Below, piece after piece: positions 53,114 to 63,521 of a stretch of 64,000 nucleotides of DNA. Numbering within the stretch: the stretch's first letter is position 1; every line of letters begins with the position of its first letter. This DNA comes from Hydrogenophaga sp. (GTDB taxonomy: Bacteria; Pseudomonadota; Gammaproteobacteria; Burkholderiales; Burkholderiaceae_C): the NCBI RefSeq assembly GCF_011390835.1, contig NZ_JAABRQ010000018.1, positions 20,255-84,254 of the forward strand, written 5' to 3'. Position numbers and translations under genes: made by a program. The notes beneath the pieces are model-generated. The model saw nothing but the letters and a program-made list of their open reading frames with translations. It did not search any database and had not been told where the DNA came from.

Positions 53114-53584
53114 ATGACAAGGAAAGCCCCCACCCGAACGATCGTGACCCTGCTGGCCTGGTGCGCCATCGCCCTGGCGCCCACACTGGCTCAGGCGCAG
53201 CCAGCCAAACAAATGGTCAGCGTCAAGGGCAGCATCCTCAACATGCGCGCGGGTCCCGGCACTCAGAACACCATCCTGTGGGAGCTGCAAAAGGGCTATC
53301 CGCTGCAAGTCACCCAGCGCAAGAACCGCTGGCTCAAGGTGAAGGATTTCGAGGGGGATACTGGCTGGGTCGCCGCTTCGCTCACCGGTCGCCAGCCACA
53401 CCACATCGTGAAGGTGAACAACGCCAACGTGCGCAGCGGGCCCGGCACGAAGCACCGCATCGTGGGTAAGGCGACCTACGGCGAACTGATGCGCACGCGG
53501 GAGAACCGCGGCAGCTGGGTGCGCGTGGAGCGCACCGAGGGCAAGAGCGGCTGGATATCCAAAAAGCTGCTCTGGGGCTGGTGA
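53114..53584 (+). CDS. Exported tandem bacterial SH3-domain protein
   Basis: Signal peptide plus two NMRAGPG/NVRSGPG repeats ending GWV/GWI. Confidence 0.88.
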   Translation: MTRKAPTRTIVTLLAWCAIALAPTLAQAQPAKQMVSVKGSILNMRAGPGTQNTILWELQKGYPLQVTQRKNRWLKVKDFEGDTGWVAASLTGRQPHHIVKVNNANVRSGPGTKHRIVGKATYGELMRTRENRGSWVRVERTEGKSGWISKKLLWGW

Positions 53585-53613
53585 GCCCACTCAGGCGCCA
53601 AGGGTCCGGACGG

Positions 53614-54270
53614 TCAAGCGCCCCTGGCCTTGACCGTCTGGTGAGCGGGCCGCTCGATGCAGCGCACGATCCAGTCGTGTGTCAGCGGGTGCGCCGCCAT
53701 CAACTCGCGCGCGGGTCGCGCCCAGTTCAGCACACTGGCCACGCAAAGATCAGCCACAGTGAAACGCGCAGCAGCCAGGTAGCCCTGTGCCTGGTCTCTT
53801 TGCTTCTCCAGATGCTGCTCGATCACACGCAGCGGCGCGGCCAAGCGCTTCTCGGCAGCCTCGGCCAGCTCGGGTTTTCGCCGGTCGGCCGGCATGACCA
53901 TTCGGTGCATCAACACCGTGAGTGCATCGGACTCGGTTTCGGTCACAGCCCAGAAACTCCAGCGCAAGGCGTCGGCGTCTTCGCCCGCATCGGCCGGCGT
54001 GATGCTGTGGCCATCGGGCTGCCCGTGGTGGCGCGCGATGTAGAGAGCGCAGGCCATGCTTTCCCAGACCACCACCTCCTGCCCCGATGAGCGCCGGTCC
54101 ACCACCGCCGGAATATGTCCGTTGGGGTTGACCGCCAGGAAATTCGGGCTGCGCGTAGCGCCGCCCTGGTAGGGCAGATTGACGTGCTCGAAGGACAGGC
54201 CCAGCTCGATCGCTGCCCACAAAGGGCGCACGGCGCGTGAAGCAGGAATGCCGTAAATGGTGAGACTCAT
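53614..54270 (-). CDS. Glutathione S-transferase
   Basis: SRAVRP.W, NPNGHIP, WESMACALY, FTVADLCV. Confidence 0.9.
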   Translation of the reverse strand: MSLTIYGIPASRAVRPLWAAIELGLSFEHVNLPYQGGATRSPNFLAVNPNGHIPAVVDRRSSGQEVVVWESMACALYIARHHGQPDGHSITPADAGEDADALRWSFWAVTETESDALTVLMHRMVMPADRRKPELAEAAEKRLAAPLRVIEQHLEKQRDQAQGYLAAARFTVADLCVASVLNWARPARELMAAHPLTHDWIVRCIERPAHQTVKARGA

Positions 54271-54290
54271 AGAAAATGTAGAGAGAAGGT

Positions 54291-55034
54291 TCAGCCGAAC
54301 GCCTGGCACAGGGCCAGTAGGTCCGAGACGGTGAGGTGGGGCTGCAGCGGCGCATGCTCCCAGGGATGTTCTGCGCGGTTGACCCAGGCCAGCTGCATGC
54401 CGGCGTTGAGCGCCCCCACACCATCCAGGTGCGCGTCGTCGCCGATGTGCAGCACTTGGTCCGCGCTCACGCCAGCCGCGGCGGCAGCGGCATGGAAGAT
54501 GCGCGCATCGGGTTTGCCCACGCCGAACTCGCGCGCGCTGATGCTGGCGCGGAAATGTTCGCCCAGCCCGACACGGTGCACGTCGGCGTTGCCATTGGAC
54601 AAGGCCACCACCGGGAACCGGCTGCTCAGGAAGGCGAGCGCCGGCAAGGCGTCGTCAAACAGTTCGACCCGCTGACGCTCGGCGAAAAACACCTCAAACG
54701 CCGTTTCGGCCAGGGCCGGGTCATCCCCGGCGCGCTGCAACAGCAGGCGAATCGACTCCCTGCGCAGCGCGCTCATGTCGTGCGCCAGGTCGGGGCGCAG
54801 GGTCTGCATCTGGTTGCGTACCTCGCGCAGCGTGCCCTTGTCGCGTCCGAGGGCGGCGGCGGCCGGGGCATGGTCGTCCAGCCACTGCTGCAACACGCCC
54901 TCGGCGCGCGCAATGGTGGGCCAGATCGGCCACAAGGTGTCGTCCAGGTCCAAGGTGATGGCGCGCACCCGCTGTGGATCAAAATCCGACGTTGGTGCCA
55001 TGCCTGACAAAGGCGTATTGATGGGCGTGTTCAT
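54291..55034 (-). CDS. HAD-IA hydrolase (YigB-like)
   Basis: LDLDDTLW, LSNGN, VGKPD.RIF, HIGDD..LD. Confidence 0.9.
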   Translation of the reverse strand: MNTPINTPLSGMAPTSDFDPQRVRAITLDLDDTLWPIWPTIARAEGVLQQWLDDHAPAAAALGRDKGTLREVRNQMQTLRPDLAHDMSALRRESIRLLLQRAGDDPALAETAFEVFFAERQRVELFDDALPALAFLSSRFPVVALSNGNADVHRVGLGEHFRASISAREFGVGKPDARIFHAAAAAAGVSADQVLHIGDDAHLDGVGALNAGMQLAWVNRAEHPWEHAPLQPHLTVSDLLALCQAFG

Positions 55035-55053
55035 GTCTGCGGGAGAATAGCGC

Positions 55054-56145
55054 ATGCCTTTCCAAAAAGAACCTCCCTATTCCCATGGCCAGCCGACGCG
55101 TACGGCCGTGGTGTTTTGCAACCTCGGCACGCCCGATGAGCCCACCGCCCCGGCCCTGCGCCGTTACCTCGCCGAATTCCTGGGCGACCACCGCGTGGTT
55201 GAGATCCCCAGGGCGCTGTGGTGGCTGATCCTGCACGGCATCATCCTGCGCGTGCGGCCCAAGAAGTCGGCGGCCAAATACGCCAGCGTCTGGACGCCGG
55301 AGGGCTCGCCACTCAAGGTCTGGACCGAAAAACAGGCCACCCTGCTCCGTGGCTATCTGGGCGAGCGGGGCCACCAGGTCACGGTGCGCTATGCCATGCG
55401 CTACGGCAACCCGTCGATCGCCTCTGTGCTCGACGAGCTCAAAGCGCAAGGCGTCAACCGGGTGCTGATCGCCTCGGCCTACCCGCAGTACAGCGGCACC
55501 ACCACTGCCAGCGTGTTCGATGCGGTCGCCCATTGGGCGCTGAACACCCGGCAGCTGCCCGAGCTGCGCTTCATCAACCGCTACCACGACGACCGCGGCT
55601 ACATCGAGGCCCTGGCCAAGAAGATCCGCACCCACTGGCAGCACCATGGCCAGAGCGAACAGCTGGTGATGAGTTTTCATGGCGTGCCCGAGCGCACGCT
55701 CGATCTAGGCGACCCCTACCATTGCGAATGCCACAAGACCGGCCGCCTGCTGGCCGAACAGCTCGGCCTTTCCAAGGAGCGCTACAAGGTCACGTTCCAG
55801 TCGCGCTTTGGCAAGGCCAAGTGGCTGGAACCCTACACCGAACCGTCGCTGATCGCACTCGCGCAGGCCGGGACCAAGAGCGTGGATGTGGTGTGCCCCG
55901 GCTTCACCAGCGACTGCCTGGAGACGCTGGAAGAAATCAACATGGAAGCTCGCGAGGCTTTCCTGCACGCTGGTGGCGAGCAGTTCCAGTACATCGACTG
56001 CCTCAACGACAGCCCGGACTGGATCCGCGCCCTGACCGACCTTACCGAGCGTCACCTTCAAGGCTGGCCCACCAAGGCGGCAGACGATCCGATGGCGCTC
56101 AAAGCCAGCCGAGAGCGTGCGCTGGAGTTAGGCGCAAAAGACTGA
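55054..56145 (+). CDS. hemH: Ferrochelatase
   Basis: NLGTPD, SFHGVP, GDPY, FQSRFG..KWLEPYT, PGFTSDCLETLEE. Confidence 0.96.
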   Translation: MPFQKEPPYSHGQPTRTAVVFCNLGTPDEPTAPALRRYLAEFLGDHRVVEIPRALWWLILHGIILRVRPKKSAAKYASVWTPEGSPLKVWTEKQATLLRGYLGERGHQVTVRYAMRYGNPSIASVLDELKAQGVNRVLIASAYPQYSGTTTASVFDAVAHWALNTRQLPELRFINRYHDDRGYIEALAKKIRTHWQHHGQSEQLVMSFHGVPERTLDLGDPYHCECHKTGRLLAEQLGLSKERYKVTFQSRFGKAKWLEPYTEPSLIALAQAGTKSVDVVCPGFTSDCLETLEEINMEAREAFLHAGGEQFQYIDCLNDSPDWIRALTDLTERHLQGWPTKAADDPMALKASRERALELGAKD

Positions 56146-56146
56146 A

Positions 56147-56383
56147 ATGCGGACCTTAGGGTTGCGCAGGCGCGCGGCGGTCCTGCTATTCGTTTGTATC
56201 GGCCCGTCTTGGGCTGTCACTGGCTGTAGCTTGCAGCAAGGCTACGCGAGTGCACAGACCTGGCAACGCAACCAGTGCCTGAAGATCGTCGATGTGCGGG
56301 AACGGCTGCGGTGCATGAAAGAGGCCGATCAGCCGTACGACAGTTACCAGAAAGAGGCCGAGGCCATCAAGGCCCAGCCGTGA
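56147..56383 (+). CDS. Small hypothetical lipoprotein
   Basis: Basic N-terminus, hydrophobic stretch, VTGC lipobox-like motif, C-x9-C; 1 bp after hemH. Confidence 0.55.
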   Translation: MRTLGLRRRAAVLLFVCIGPSWAVTGCSLQQGYASAQTWQRNQCLKIVDVRERLRCMKEADQPYDSYQKEAEAIKAQP

Positions 56384-56411
56384 AGCAGCGCCGTTGGGCG
56401 GCCCTGGTAAC

Positions 56412-57902
56412 TCAAGCCCGACGGTGCCAGGCCAGCAGGCGCGGCGTGACCAGCACCAGCAAAACCAGCGCCAGCAGCGTGGCCGACATGGGCCGCTCGA
56501 CAAACACCCACCAACTGCCCTCGCCAATCGACAGCGCGTTGCGCATCTGCGCTTCAGCCAGCGGCCCCAGGATCAGCCCAACGATGACCGGCGCAGTGGG
56601 GAAGTCGTAGCGGCGCATCAGCACACCGAGCAGGCCCAGGCCGTACATGAGGTAAAGGTCAAACGCGCTCTGGCGCATGCCGTACACACCCACGGTGGCG
56701 AAGATCAGGATACCGGCATAGAGCTGCGGTTTGGGGATCTTGAGCAGCTTGACCCACAAGCCCACCAGCGGCAGGTTGAGCACTAGCAGCATCACGTTGC
56801 CGATGTAAAGCGACGCAATCAGCGCCCACACCAGGTCGCCCGATGTCTGAAAAAGCTGCGGGCCGGCGTTGATGCCGTAGTTCTGCAGCGCGCTGAGCAG
56901 GATGGCTGCAGTCACTGAGGTCGGGATGCCCAGCGTCAGCAGAGGCACGAGCGTGGCGGTGACAGCGGCGTTGTTGGCCGCCTCGGGGCCGGCCACGCCT
57001 TCGATGGCGCCCACAGTGCCGAACTCTGCCTGGTGCTCGGGCTTGGCCAGCTTGCGCTCGGCGGCGTAACTGAGGAAGGTGGGAATTTCCGAGCCCCCTG
57101 CGGGGATGGTGCCAAAGGGAAAACCGATCGCGGTGCCGCGCAGCCAGGCGGGCCAGGAGCGGCGCCACTCGGTGCGCGTCATGTGCACCTTGTTCATCTT
57201 GTTCAGGTCGTTGGCGCTGCGGCCTTCGTACAGCGCGTTGTAAAGCGCTTCGGCCACCGCAAACAGACCTACCGCCACCAGCACTACCTCGACCCCGTCC
57301 ATGAACTCCATCACGCCACCGGTGTAGCGCACCTGGGCGGTGATCTGGTCGATGCCCACCAGACCCAGCGCCAGGCCGAAAAACAGCGCGGTCAGGCCCC
57401 GCAGCGTGCTCTGACCCAGCACGGCGCTCACCGTGGTGAAGGCCAGCAGCATCAGGCAGAAATATTCCGGTGGACCGAGCTGCACCGCGAACTTGGCCAG
57501 GATGGGCGCAAACAGCGTGACCAGCACGGTGGCGATGGTGCCGGCCACAAACGAGCCAATGGCCGAGGTGGCGAGCGCGGCGCCGGCGCGCCCATGCTTG
57601 GCCATCTTGAAGCCTTCCAGAGCGGTCACCATGGTGCCGGTTTCGCCTGGCGTGTTCAGCAAGATGGAAGTGGTGGAGCCGCCATACATCGCACCGTAGT
57701 AAATGCCGGCAAAAAAGATCATCGATGCAGTGGGCTCGACCTGACCGGTGATGGGCAGCAGCATGGCCACCGTCACCGCCGGGCCCAGGCCCGGTAGCAC
57801 GCCGATAGCCGTACCCAGCGCGCAACCCGCCAGCGCCCAGAGAAGGTTGATCGGCGTGCCCGCGGTGGCGAAGCCGCCAAGCAACTGATTGAGGATGTCC
57901 AT
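56412..57902 (-). CDS. tctA: Tripartite tricarboxylate transporter permease TctA
   Basis: [48 protein letters not shown]. Confidence 0.94.
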   Translation of the reverse strand: MDILNQLLGGFATAGTPINLLWALAGCALGTAIGVLPGLGPAVTVAMLLPITGQVEPTASMIFFAGIYYGAMYGGSTTSILLNTPGETGTMVTALEGFKMAKHGRAGAALATSAIGSFVAGTIATVLVTLFAPILAKFAVQLGPPEYFCLMLLAFTTVSAVLGQSTLRGLTALFFGLALGLVGIDQITAQVRYTGGVMEFMDGVEVVLVAVGLFAVAEALYNALYEGRSANDLNKMNKVHMTRTEWRRSWPAWLRGTAIGFPFGTIPAGGSEIPTFLSYAAERKLAKPEHQAEFGTVGAIEGVAGPEAANNAAVTATLVPLLTLGIPTSVTAAILLSALQNYGINAGPQLFQTSGDLVWALIASLYIGNVMLLVLNLPLVGLWVKLLKIPKPQLYAGILIFATVGVYGMRQSAFDLYLMYGLGLLGVLMRRYDFPTAPVIVGLILGPLAEAQMRNALSIGEGSWWVFVERPMSATLLALVLLVLVTPRLLAWHRRA

Positions 57903-57909
57903 CATGGAT

Positions 57910-58467
57910 TCAAATCCATCCACTGCCGGTGAGCCCGGGCAAGGTCACAGCCAGCAGCTTGGTGAACAACCAGTACACCGGGGCGGCGATCAGCATGCCG
58001 GTGACCGCATCGATCACCGTCTGCCGCAGGTTACCCGCGGATTTACCCTCACTGGCGCGCAGACCGCGCACCGCCAGCGTGAAGCACAGGGCACAGCTCA
58101 GGATGAAGCCGATGGTGGTGATGAGCGAGGCATTGAGCAGCACCCCCGCCGACACCCATGCCAGCGCACCCCAGTCGCCGCGCGGCGCGCCCGACGGCGT
58201 GTCCATCTTCCGATAGCCTCCGGTCAGCGCTTCGAAGACAAGCAGGCTGCCGCAAACGGCCATGGCCACGCTGATCACCCAGGGCAGAAAGTTCGGCCCT
58301 ACGCCCGCGTAGCCGGCCTCGGACGAAATCGAGGTGGCGCCGTAGGCCAACACCGCCGCGACACCCAATGCGCCCACGCCCACCAGCAACTGGCCGGATC
58401 GGCGCGCGGCCGGGGTGGGCACGCCCTGGCCGGGTGGCGATGTTTCAGGGGAAGCACTCGGGTTCAT
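57910..58467 (-). CDS. tctB: Tripartite tricarboxylate transporter TctB
   Basis: Four TM helices, [18 protein letters not shown]; between tctC and tctA. Confidence 0.9.
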   Translation of the reverse strand: MNPSASPETSPPGQGVPTPAARRSGQLLVGVGALGVAAVLAYGATSISSEAGYAGVGPNFLPWVISVAMAVCGSLLVFEALTGGYRKMDTPSGAPRGDWGALAWVSAGVLLNASLITTIGFILSCALCFTLAVRGLRASEGKSAGNLRQTVIDAVTGMLIAAPVYWLFTKLLAVTLPGLTGSGWI

Positions 58468-58579
58468 GCGGGGTCTCCATGCAGCAGCCCCGCCCGGCGC
58501 TGTTGGCGCTCAGGCGGGTGGATCATGACGGTGGGTAGCGGCGACGGGCACCCAGGCTCGGGCCGCCGAGCGAACAGGG

Positions 58580-59539
58580 TCAGACCATGCCAGCGCGCAC
58601 CATGGTCGCGCGCAGGGCGGAGAAGTCGCGGTCCACGAAGTCGTCGAATGCCTTGCCGGTGAGCAGGGCTGCGGTCCAGTTGTTCTTGGTCAGGGCTTCG
58701 GCCCAGCTCGGGCTCTTTGTCGCCCTGACCACAAGGGCGGTCAGCGCGTCGCGCTCGGCCGGAGTGATGCCGGCAGCGCCGAATACGCCGCGCCAGTTGC
58801 CGATCTCCACATTGATGCCCTGCTCTTTCAGCGTGGGGATGCTGATGCCGGGCAGGCGCTGGCCCGAGGTGACGGCGATCGGGCGCATCTTGCCCGATTC
58901 GATGTACTGCTGGAACTCGCTGTAACCGCTACCGCCCACGGTGACGTTGCCGCCCAGAATGGCTGCCGTGGCCTCACCACCGCCCCGGAACGGCACGTAG
59001 TTGATCTTCGAGGCTTCCACACCTACGGCTTGCGCGATTTGCGCAGCGGCGATGTGCTCGGTGGAGCCCCTCGAGCCGCCGCCCCACTTGACGCTGCCCG
59101 GGTCTTTCTTGAGTTGCTCGATCACGTCTTTCATCGTCTTCAACGGCGATTCGGCTGGTAACACGAACACGTTGTATTCGGTCGTGAGGCGGGCAATCGG
59201 GGTGAGCTGGGTGACCGAGACCGGCGGCTTGCCAGTGATGATGCCGCCCAGCATGACGGCGCCCATGACCATCAACGCGTTCGGGTCACCCTTGCTGGCG
59301 TTGAAGAACTGCGCCAGACCGATCGCACCGGCTGCGCCGCCCTTGTTCTCGAAGGTCACAGAAGACGCCGCACCGGCGTCCTGCAAGGCCTTGCCCAGCG
59401 CACGGCCGGTGCTGTCCCAGCCACCACCCGGGTTGGCAGGGATCATCATCTTCATATTGCCATTGGCCCAGGCCTCGGAAGGCAAGGCACCGGCAGCGGC
59501 CAGAGCGGCCAGGGATTTGAGGAAGGTGTCGCGACGCAT
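58580..59539 (-). CDS. tctC: Tripartite tricarboxylate transporter substrate-binding protein (Bug/TctC)
   Basis: IPANPGGGWD..GR, ENKGGAAG.IG, YVPFRGGGEA, GNWRGVF. Confidence 0.93.
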   Translation of the reverse strand: MRRDTFLKSLAALAAAGALPSEAWANGNMKMMIPANPGGGWDSTGRALGKALQDAGAASSVTFENKGGAAGAIGLAQFFNASKGDPNALMVMGAVMLGGIITGKPPVSVTQLTPIARLTTEYNVFVLPAESPLKTMKDVIEQLKKDPGSVKWGGGSRGSTEHIAAAQIAQAVGVEASKINYVPFRGGGEATAAILGGNVTVGGSGYSEFQQYIESGKMRPIAVTSGQRLPGISIPTLKEQGINVEIGNWRGVFGAAGITPAERDALTALVVRATKSPSWAEALTKNNWTAALLTGKAFDDFVDRDFSALRATMVRAGMV

Positions 59540-59714
59540 GGGTGTCTCCTTGTGTGGGTATCTGCACTGGCGATCATGCAAGCTGGCCCTGTCAAACGGC
59601 TGTCCACGCGCTACGGACAAACCCTAGTGGTGGATATGTGGCCCCCAAGCTTCACCGCTGGCGCGGGTTACCGCGCAAGACGAACCTCTGCACGCTGGGG
59701 ATAATCGACAGCGG

Positions 59715-60407
59715 ATGAAACTGCTCCTCATCGAAGACAACCCCACCATGCAGGCCACGCTGCAGCGCAGCTTCGAGCGCAGGGGCATGCAGGTACTGAC
59801 CTGTGGTGACGGGGCCAAGGCGCTGGCGCTGTGGCATGTCAGCCTGCCCGATGCGGTGCTGCTCGACCTCAGCCTGCCCGGGCGCGACGGGCTGCAGGTG
59901 CTGGGCGATGCGCGCGCCGCCGGCCTCACCACGCCGGTCATCATCCTCACTGCCCGCGGCACGGTGGGCGACCGCATCATCGGGCTGAACATCGGGGCCG
60001 ACGACTACCTGCCCAAACCGTTCGATCTCGACGAACTGGAAGCGCGTGTTCGCGCTCTGGTTCGCCGAAGTGCCAGTGCCCATGAGGCTTCACGCGACGC
60101 ACCGGCCGTGTCGGTCGACTGGTGTGGACTTCGGGTGGATCGCGACAGTGGCGCCGTCTATGCCGAGGGCTTGCCGCTAGAGTTGCCGCCGCGCGAGCTT
60201 GCTTTGCTGCGCGCCTTACTGCAGCGCCCGGGCCATGCCATCGCCAAGGAGCGCCTGTTCGACACTGTGTTTCCGGGCGACACCACAGCCCAGCCCGAGG
60301 CGATCGAAGTGGTCGCCTACCGGCTGCGCAAGAAGCTCGCGGACACCGGCGTGCAACTCGTCACTCTGCGCGGACTGGGCTACCTGCTCAAGGCCGGGCC
60401 GGCATGA
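59715..60407 (+). CDS. tctD: OmpR-family response regulator (TctD-like)
   Basis: LLIEDN, LLDLSLPG.DG, ILTAR, GADDYLPKPF, TLRGLGY; divergent from tctC. Confidence 0.88.
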   Translation: MKLLLIEDNPTMQATLQRSFERRGMQVLTCGDGAKALALWHVSLPDAVLLDLSLPGRDGLQVLGDARAAGLTTPVIILTARGTVGDRIIGLNIGADDYLPKPFDLDELEARVRALVRRSASAHEASRDAPAVSVDWCGLRVDRDSGAVYAEGLPLELPPRELALLRALLQRPGHAIAKERLFDTVFPGDTTAQPEAIEVVAYRLRKKLADTGVQLVTLRGLGYLLKAGPA

Positions 60408-60435
60408 ACCTACATCGACCTAGTTGGACCTCCGC

Positions 60436-61902
60436 TTGACGCGCACCGCCGCCCGCCCGCTGTCGCTGCGCCGAACGCTGCTGCTCGGCATTCTGATGCC
60501 GGTGCTGGGCTTTCTGCTCATCAACACGGCGGTGTTGTACCGCCAAGCGCTGACCGCCGCCGACACGGCCTACGACCGCACCCTGCTGGCCACCGCGAAG
60601 TCGCTGGGCGAACAACTACAGGTGGTGGGCACGGCGCAGGCGCCTCAGGTGCAGGCCTCCCTGCTCTACTCGGCCCTCGAAGCATTTGAGGCTGACAACC
60701 GCAGCCGGTTGTTTTACAGGGTGAACGGCTTCTCGGGCGACATCGTGTCCGGCTTCGAAGACCTGCCCGCTCCTCGAGCTCGCCTGCCGGAGCAAAACAT
60801 CTACGCAGCGCTGGTGCACTTTTACGATGAAGACTACCGTGGCACGCCGGTGCGCATGGCGGTGTTGCTGCAGCCCGTGTCGGGCTCGGCAGGCCAGGGC
60901 ATGGCGACCATCCAGGTGGCTGAAACACTGGAACTGCGGCAGACGCTGGCGCGCCAGATCCTGGTCGATACGCTGTGGCGCCAGGCGGCGCTGGTGCTGG
61001 TCATCGTGGGCGTGGTGGTGCTGGTGGTGCAGCGCGCCACCCAGCCGGTGCGAGCGCTGAGCCGGTCGCTTGCCGCGCGCAGCGAAAACGACCTGTCGCC
61101 GCTGCCCGTGGCCGACGCGCCGCGCGAACTGCTTCCGCTGGTGGAAGCCACCAACCAGCACATGGCGCGCTTGTCGCAACTGCTTGAGCACCAAAAGCGC
61201 TTTGTGCGCGACACCTCGCACCAGCTGCGCACCCCGCTGGCCGTGCTCAAAACGCAGTTGCAGTCGGCACGCCGGGGCGACGTCGAGCCGGCACAAGCAC
61301 TCGATGAGATCGCGCACACCGTGGAGCGCGCTACCGAGCTGGCCAACCAGATGCTGGCGCTGGCCAAGGTGGAGCAGCTTCGCGAGGACCGCGACCCGCC
61401 CGTGACCGACTGGGACGATGTACTGCGCCAGGTGGCATTGGACCTGGCGCCCCTGATCGCGGAACGATCTCTTGATTTTTCGCTGGAGAGTCAGGCGGCG
61501 CCAGTGCAGGCGCACACTTGGGCGCTGCGAGAACTCTGCCGCAACCTGATGCACAACGCCATCAAGCACTCACCACCCGGGGCACCGCTGACGGTGGCGC
61601 TGCGCGCATCCGCGGTCGATGCCACACTGACCGTGAGCGACAGCGGCCCCGGGGTGTCTGCTGCCCTGCGCGAGCGCCTGTTCCAGCCCTTTGCCACCGA
61701 AACCGGCGACAGCGCCGCAGGCAGCGTGGGCCTGGGGCTCACCATCTGCCACGGCATCGTGCTATCGCTGGGGGGGCGCATTGCGCTGGATAATCGGCTC
61801 ACCCAAGGCCGCACCACCGGCCTGGACGCTTGTGTGCAACTGCCCCTGGCGCCAGAAGCCCCTTTCACCCTACCGACCGACCCTCCCTCCACCACGGCAT
61901 GA
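60436..61902 (+). CDS. tctE: Sensor histidine kinase (TctE-like); start uncertain (TTG 60424 or 60436)
   Basis: AYDRTLL 2CSK_N domain, HAMP, DTSHQLRTPL H-box, NLMHNAIKH, DSGPG, GLGLTIC. Confidence 0.87.
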   Translation: MTRTAARPLSLRRTLLLGILMPVLGFLLINTAVLYRQALTAADTAYDRTLLATAKSLGEQLQVVGTAQAPQVQASLLYSALEAFEADNRSRLFYRVNGFSGDIVSGFEDLPAPRARLPEQNIYAALVHFYDEDYRGTPVRMAVLLQPVSGSAGQGMATIQVAETLELRQTLARQILVDTLWRQAALVLVIVGVVVLVVQRATQPVRALSRSLAARSENDLSPLPVADAPRELLPLVEATNQHMARLSQLLEHQKRFVRDTSHQLRTPLAVLKTQLQSARRGDVEPAQALDEIAHTVERATELANQMLALAKVEQLREDRDPPVTDWDDVLRQVALDLAPLIAERSLDFSLESQAAPVQAHTWALRELCRNLMHNAIKHSPPGAPLTVALRASAVDATLTVSDSGPGVSAALRERLFQPFATETGDSAAGSVGLGLTICHGIVLSLGGRIALDNRLTQGRTTGLDACVQLPLAPEAPFTLPTDPPSTTA

Positions 61903-62336
61903 GCCCACCCGCCGCCACCGACAAGGTCCGCCTGGACAAATGGCTCTGGGCCGCGCGCTTCTACAAGACGCGCAGCCTGAGCACCGAGGCCATCGACAAG
62001 GGCCGGGTGCGCCTCAATGGCCTGCCCACCAAGCCCTCGCGCGACGTCAAACCCGGCGACCGGCTGGAGCTGCACGTCGGTGCCATGGTGCGCACGGTGG
62101 TGGTGCAAGCACTCAGTAGCGTGCGCGGCTCGGCTACCTTGGCTGCAGGTCTGTTTGAGGAAACGCCCGAGTCGATCGCCGAGCGGCTGGCGCTGGCCGA
62201 GCAACGCCGGCTAGCGCCCGAACCGGCGCACAGCCTGGCGCAAGGCCGCCCGACCAAGCGCGACCGGCGCGACCTGCAAGGCCTGCGTGAAACCGGTGGG
62301 TGGAACGATCGCTGGAGCGCATCGATCGAGGACTGA
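61899..62336 (+). CDS. hslR: RNA-binding S4-domain protein (Hsp15)
   Basis: RLDKWLWAARFYKTRS, GRPTKRDRR. Confidence 0.92.
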   Translation: MSPPAATDKVRLDKWLWAARFYKTRSLSTEAIDKGRVRLNGLPTKPSRDVKPGDRLELHVGAMVRTVVVQALSSVRGSATLAAGLFEETPESIAERLALAEQRRLAPEPAHSLAQGRPTKRDRRDLQGLRETGGWNDRWSASIED

Positions 62337-62348
62337 GCCGATCAAGCG

Positions 62349-63263
62349 TCAGTTGCGCCGTGTACCCAGCCACATCACGGTGGCCACCACCAGCAGGCCA
62401 CCGGCCACCTGCACGGGCGCGATCGACTGACCCAACAGCAGCCACGCCAGCACGAGCGCAAAAATGGGCTCGACATTCATGATGGCCGAGTTGCCCACCA
62501 CCCCCAGGCGCGGCAACACGGTGAACATGATGGTGAACGCGGTGCCGTACAGCGCCGTCAGCCCGAGCAGCCCAACCCACCCCAAGGACGCCTGCGGCAA
62601 ATGAAAGCCGCCCTGAGTGGCCACACCCAGCAGCGCGAGCACCGCCACGATGGACAGCGTGGTGAAGGTGCGCCAGCGGCCATCGATGTCGCCCGCTTCG
62701 TGCTGGGTCAACACCAGCGCCAGGCCAAAGGTGGCCGCCGCCGCAAGGGCAAACGCCACACCCACGCCAATCCGCGCCCAGTGCGCCGACGCCTGCAGGC
62801 CGGAGGCTGCGCCGAACACATCCAACGCGAGCGTCAGCCCGACCAAGATCACCGGCATGGCGCGCAGCACCCGCGGTGCCGGCCGGTGCTGGTACAGCAC
62901 ACGAGCCCACAGCGCTGTCCACAACGGGTAGGTGTTGAAGGCCAGCAGTGCCAGCGCCACCGGCAGGCGCGCCACCGACGAATATAGACAGAGGCTTTGC
63001 ACCGCCACCAGCACACCGATGGCCGGCAAGGCCCTACGCTGCCGCAGCCCGATGCGCAGCGGCACGCGGTACATCCGAAGCACCAAGCCCACCGCCAACA
63101 CGGTCGCACCACTGCGAAACGCCACCGCCGTGGCTACATCAACCCCATGATCAAACGCCAGCCGCGCCGCCACGTGGTTGGCCCCCATCATGAAAGCGAT
63201 CAGCAGCAGGATGGAAAACGCGGTGCCGCTCAGGGGTGATGCGATCGAAGGCTTTGAGGACAT
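62349..63263 (-). CDS. EamA/DMT-family transporter
   Basis: About ten TM helices, NTYPLWTAL, NVEPIFALVLAW. Confidence 0.88.
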   Translation of the reverse strand: MSSKPSIASPLSGTAFSILLLIAFMMGANHVAARLAFDHGVDVATAVAFRSGATVLAVGLVLRMYRVPLRIGLRQRRALPAIGVLVAVQSLCLYSSVARLPVALALLAFNTYPLWTALWARVLYQHRPAPRVLRAMPVILVGLTLALDVFGAASGLQASAHWARIGVGVAFALAAAATFGLALVLTQHEAGDIDGRWRTFTTLSIVAVLALLGVATQGGFHLPQASLGWVGLLGLTALYGTAFTIMFTVLPRLGVVGNSAIMNVEPIFALVLAWLLLGQSIAPVQVAGGLLVVATVMWLGTRRN

Positions 63264-63329
63264 CGCGCGATTGTCCACGCCGATCCACAACAGGCGGGTC
63301 GCCAAAGAGCACTTCAGCACCCGACGAAG

Positions 63330-63364
63330 AAAAACCCGCTCACATGCAGCACATGTGGCGGGTT
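63330..63364 (-). terminator. Rho-independent terminator downstream of tRNA-Ser
   Basis: AACCCGC(T)CACATG / CATGTGGCGGGTT hairpin with an A-run at 63330-34 (U-tail on the minus strand). Confidence 0.7.
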
Positions 63365-63375
63365 AATCAGGTTTC

Positions 63376-63468
63376 TGGCGGAGCGAGAGGGATTCGAACC
63401 CTCGATGAGGCTCTACACCCCATACTCCCTTAGCAGGGGAGCACCTTCGGCCACTCGGTCATCGCTCC
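63376..63468 (-). tRNA. tRNA-Ser(GCT) with encoded CCA
   Basis: Reverse complement: GGAGCGA/TCGCTCC acceptor stem, anticodon loop CTGCTAA, long variable arm, GTTCGAATC T-loop, 3' GCCA. Confidence 0.96.
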
Positions 63469-63521
63469 GGAAGCTGCACATTATGCCTCAACTCCCCTCG
63501 CCTTCTCAGAGAGGCCGTGGC

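Noticed and set aside
63376-63468. tRNA-Ser as an integration site for the PGC or a prophage
   Set aside because: No duplicated tRNA 3' end, integrase or phage gene was noticed; the tRNA is 15 kb from the PGC in normal lysC-tRNA context.
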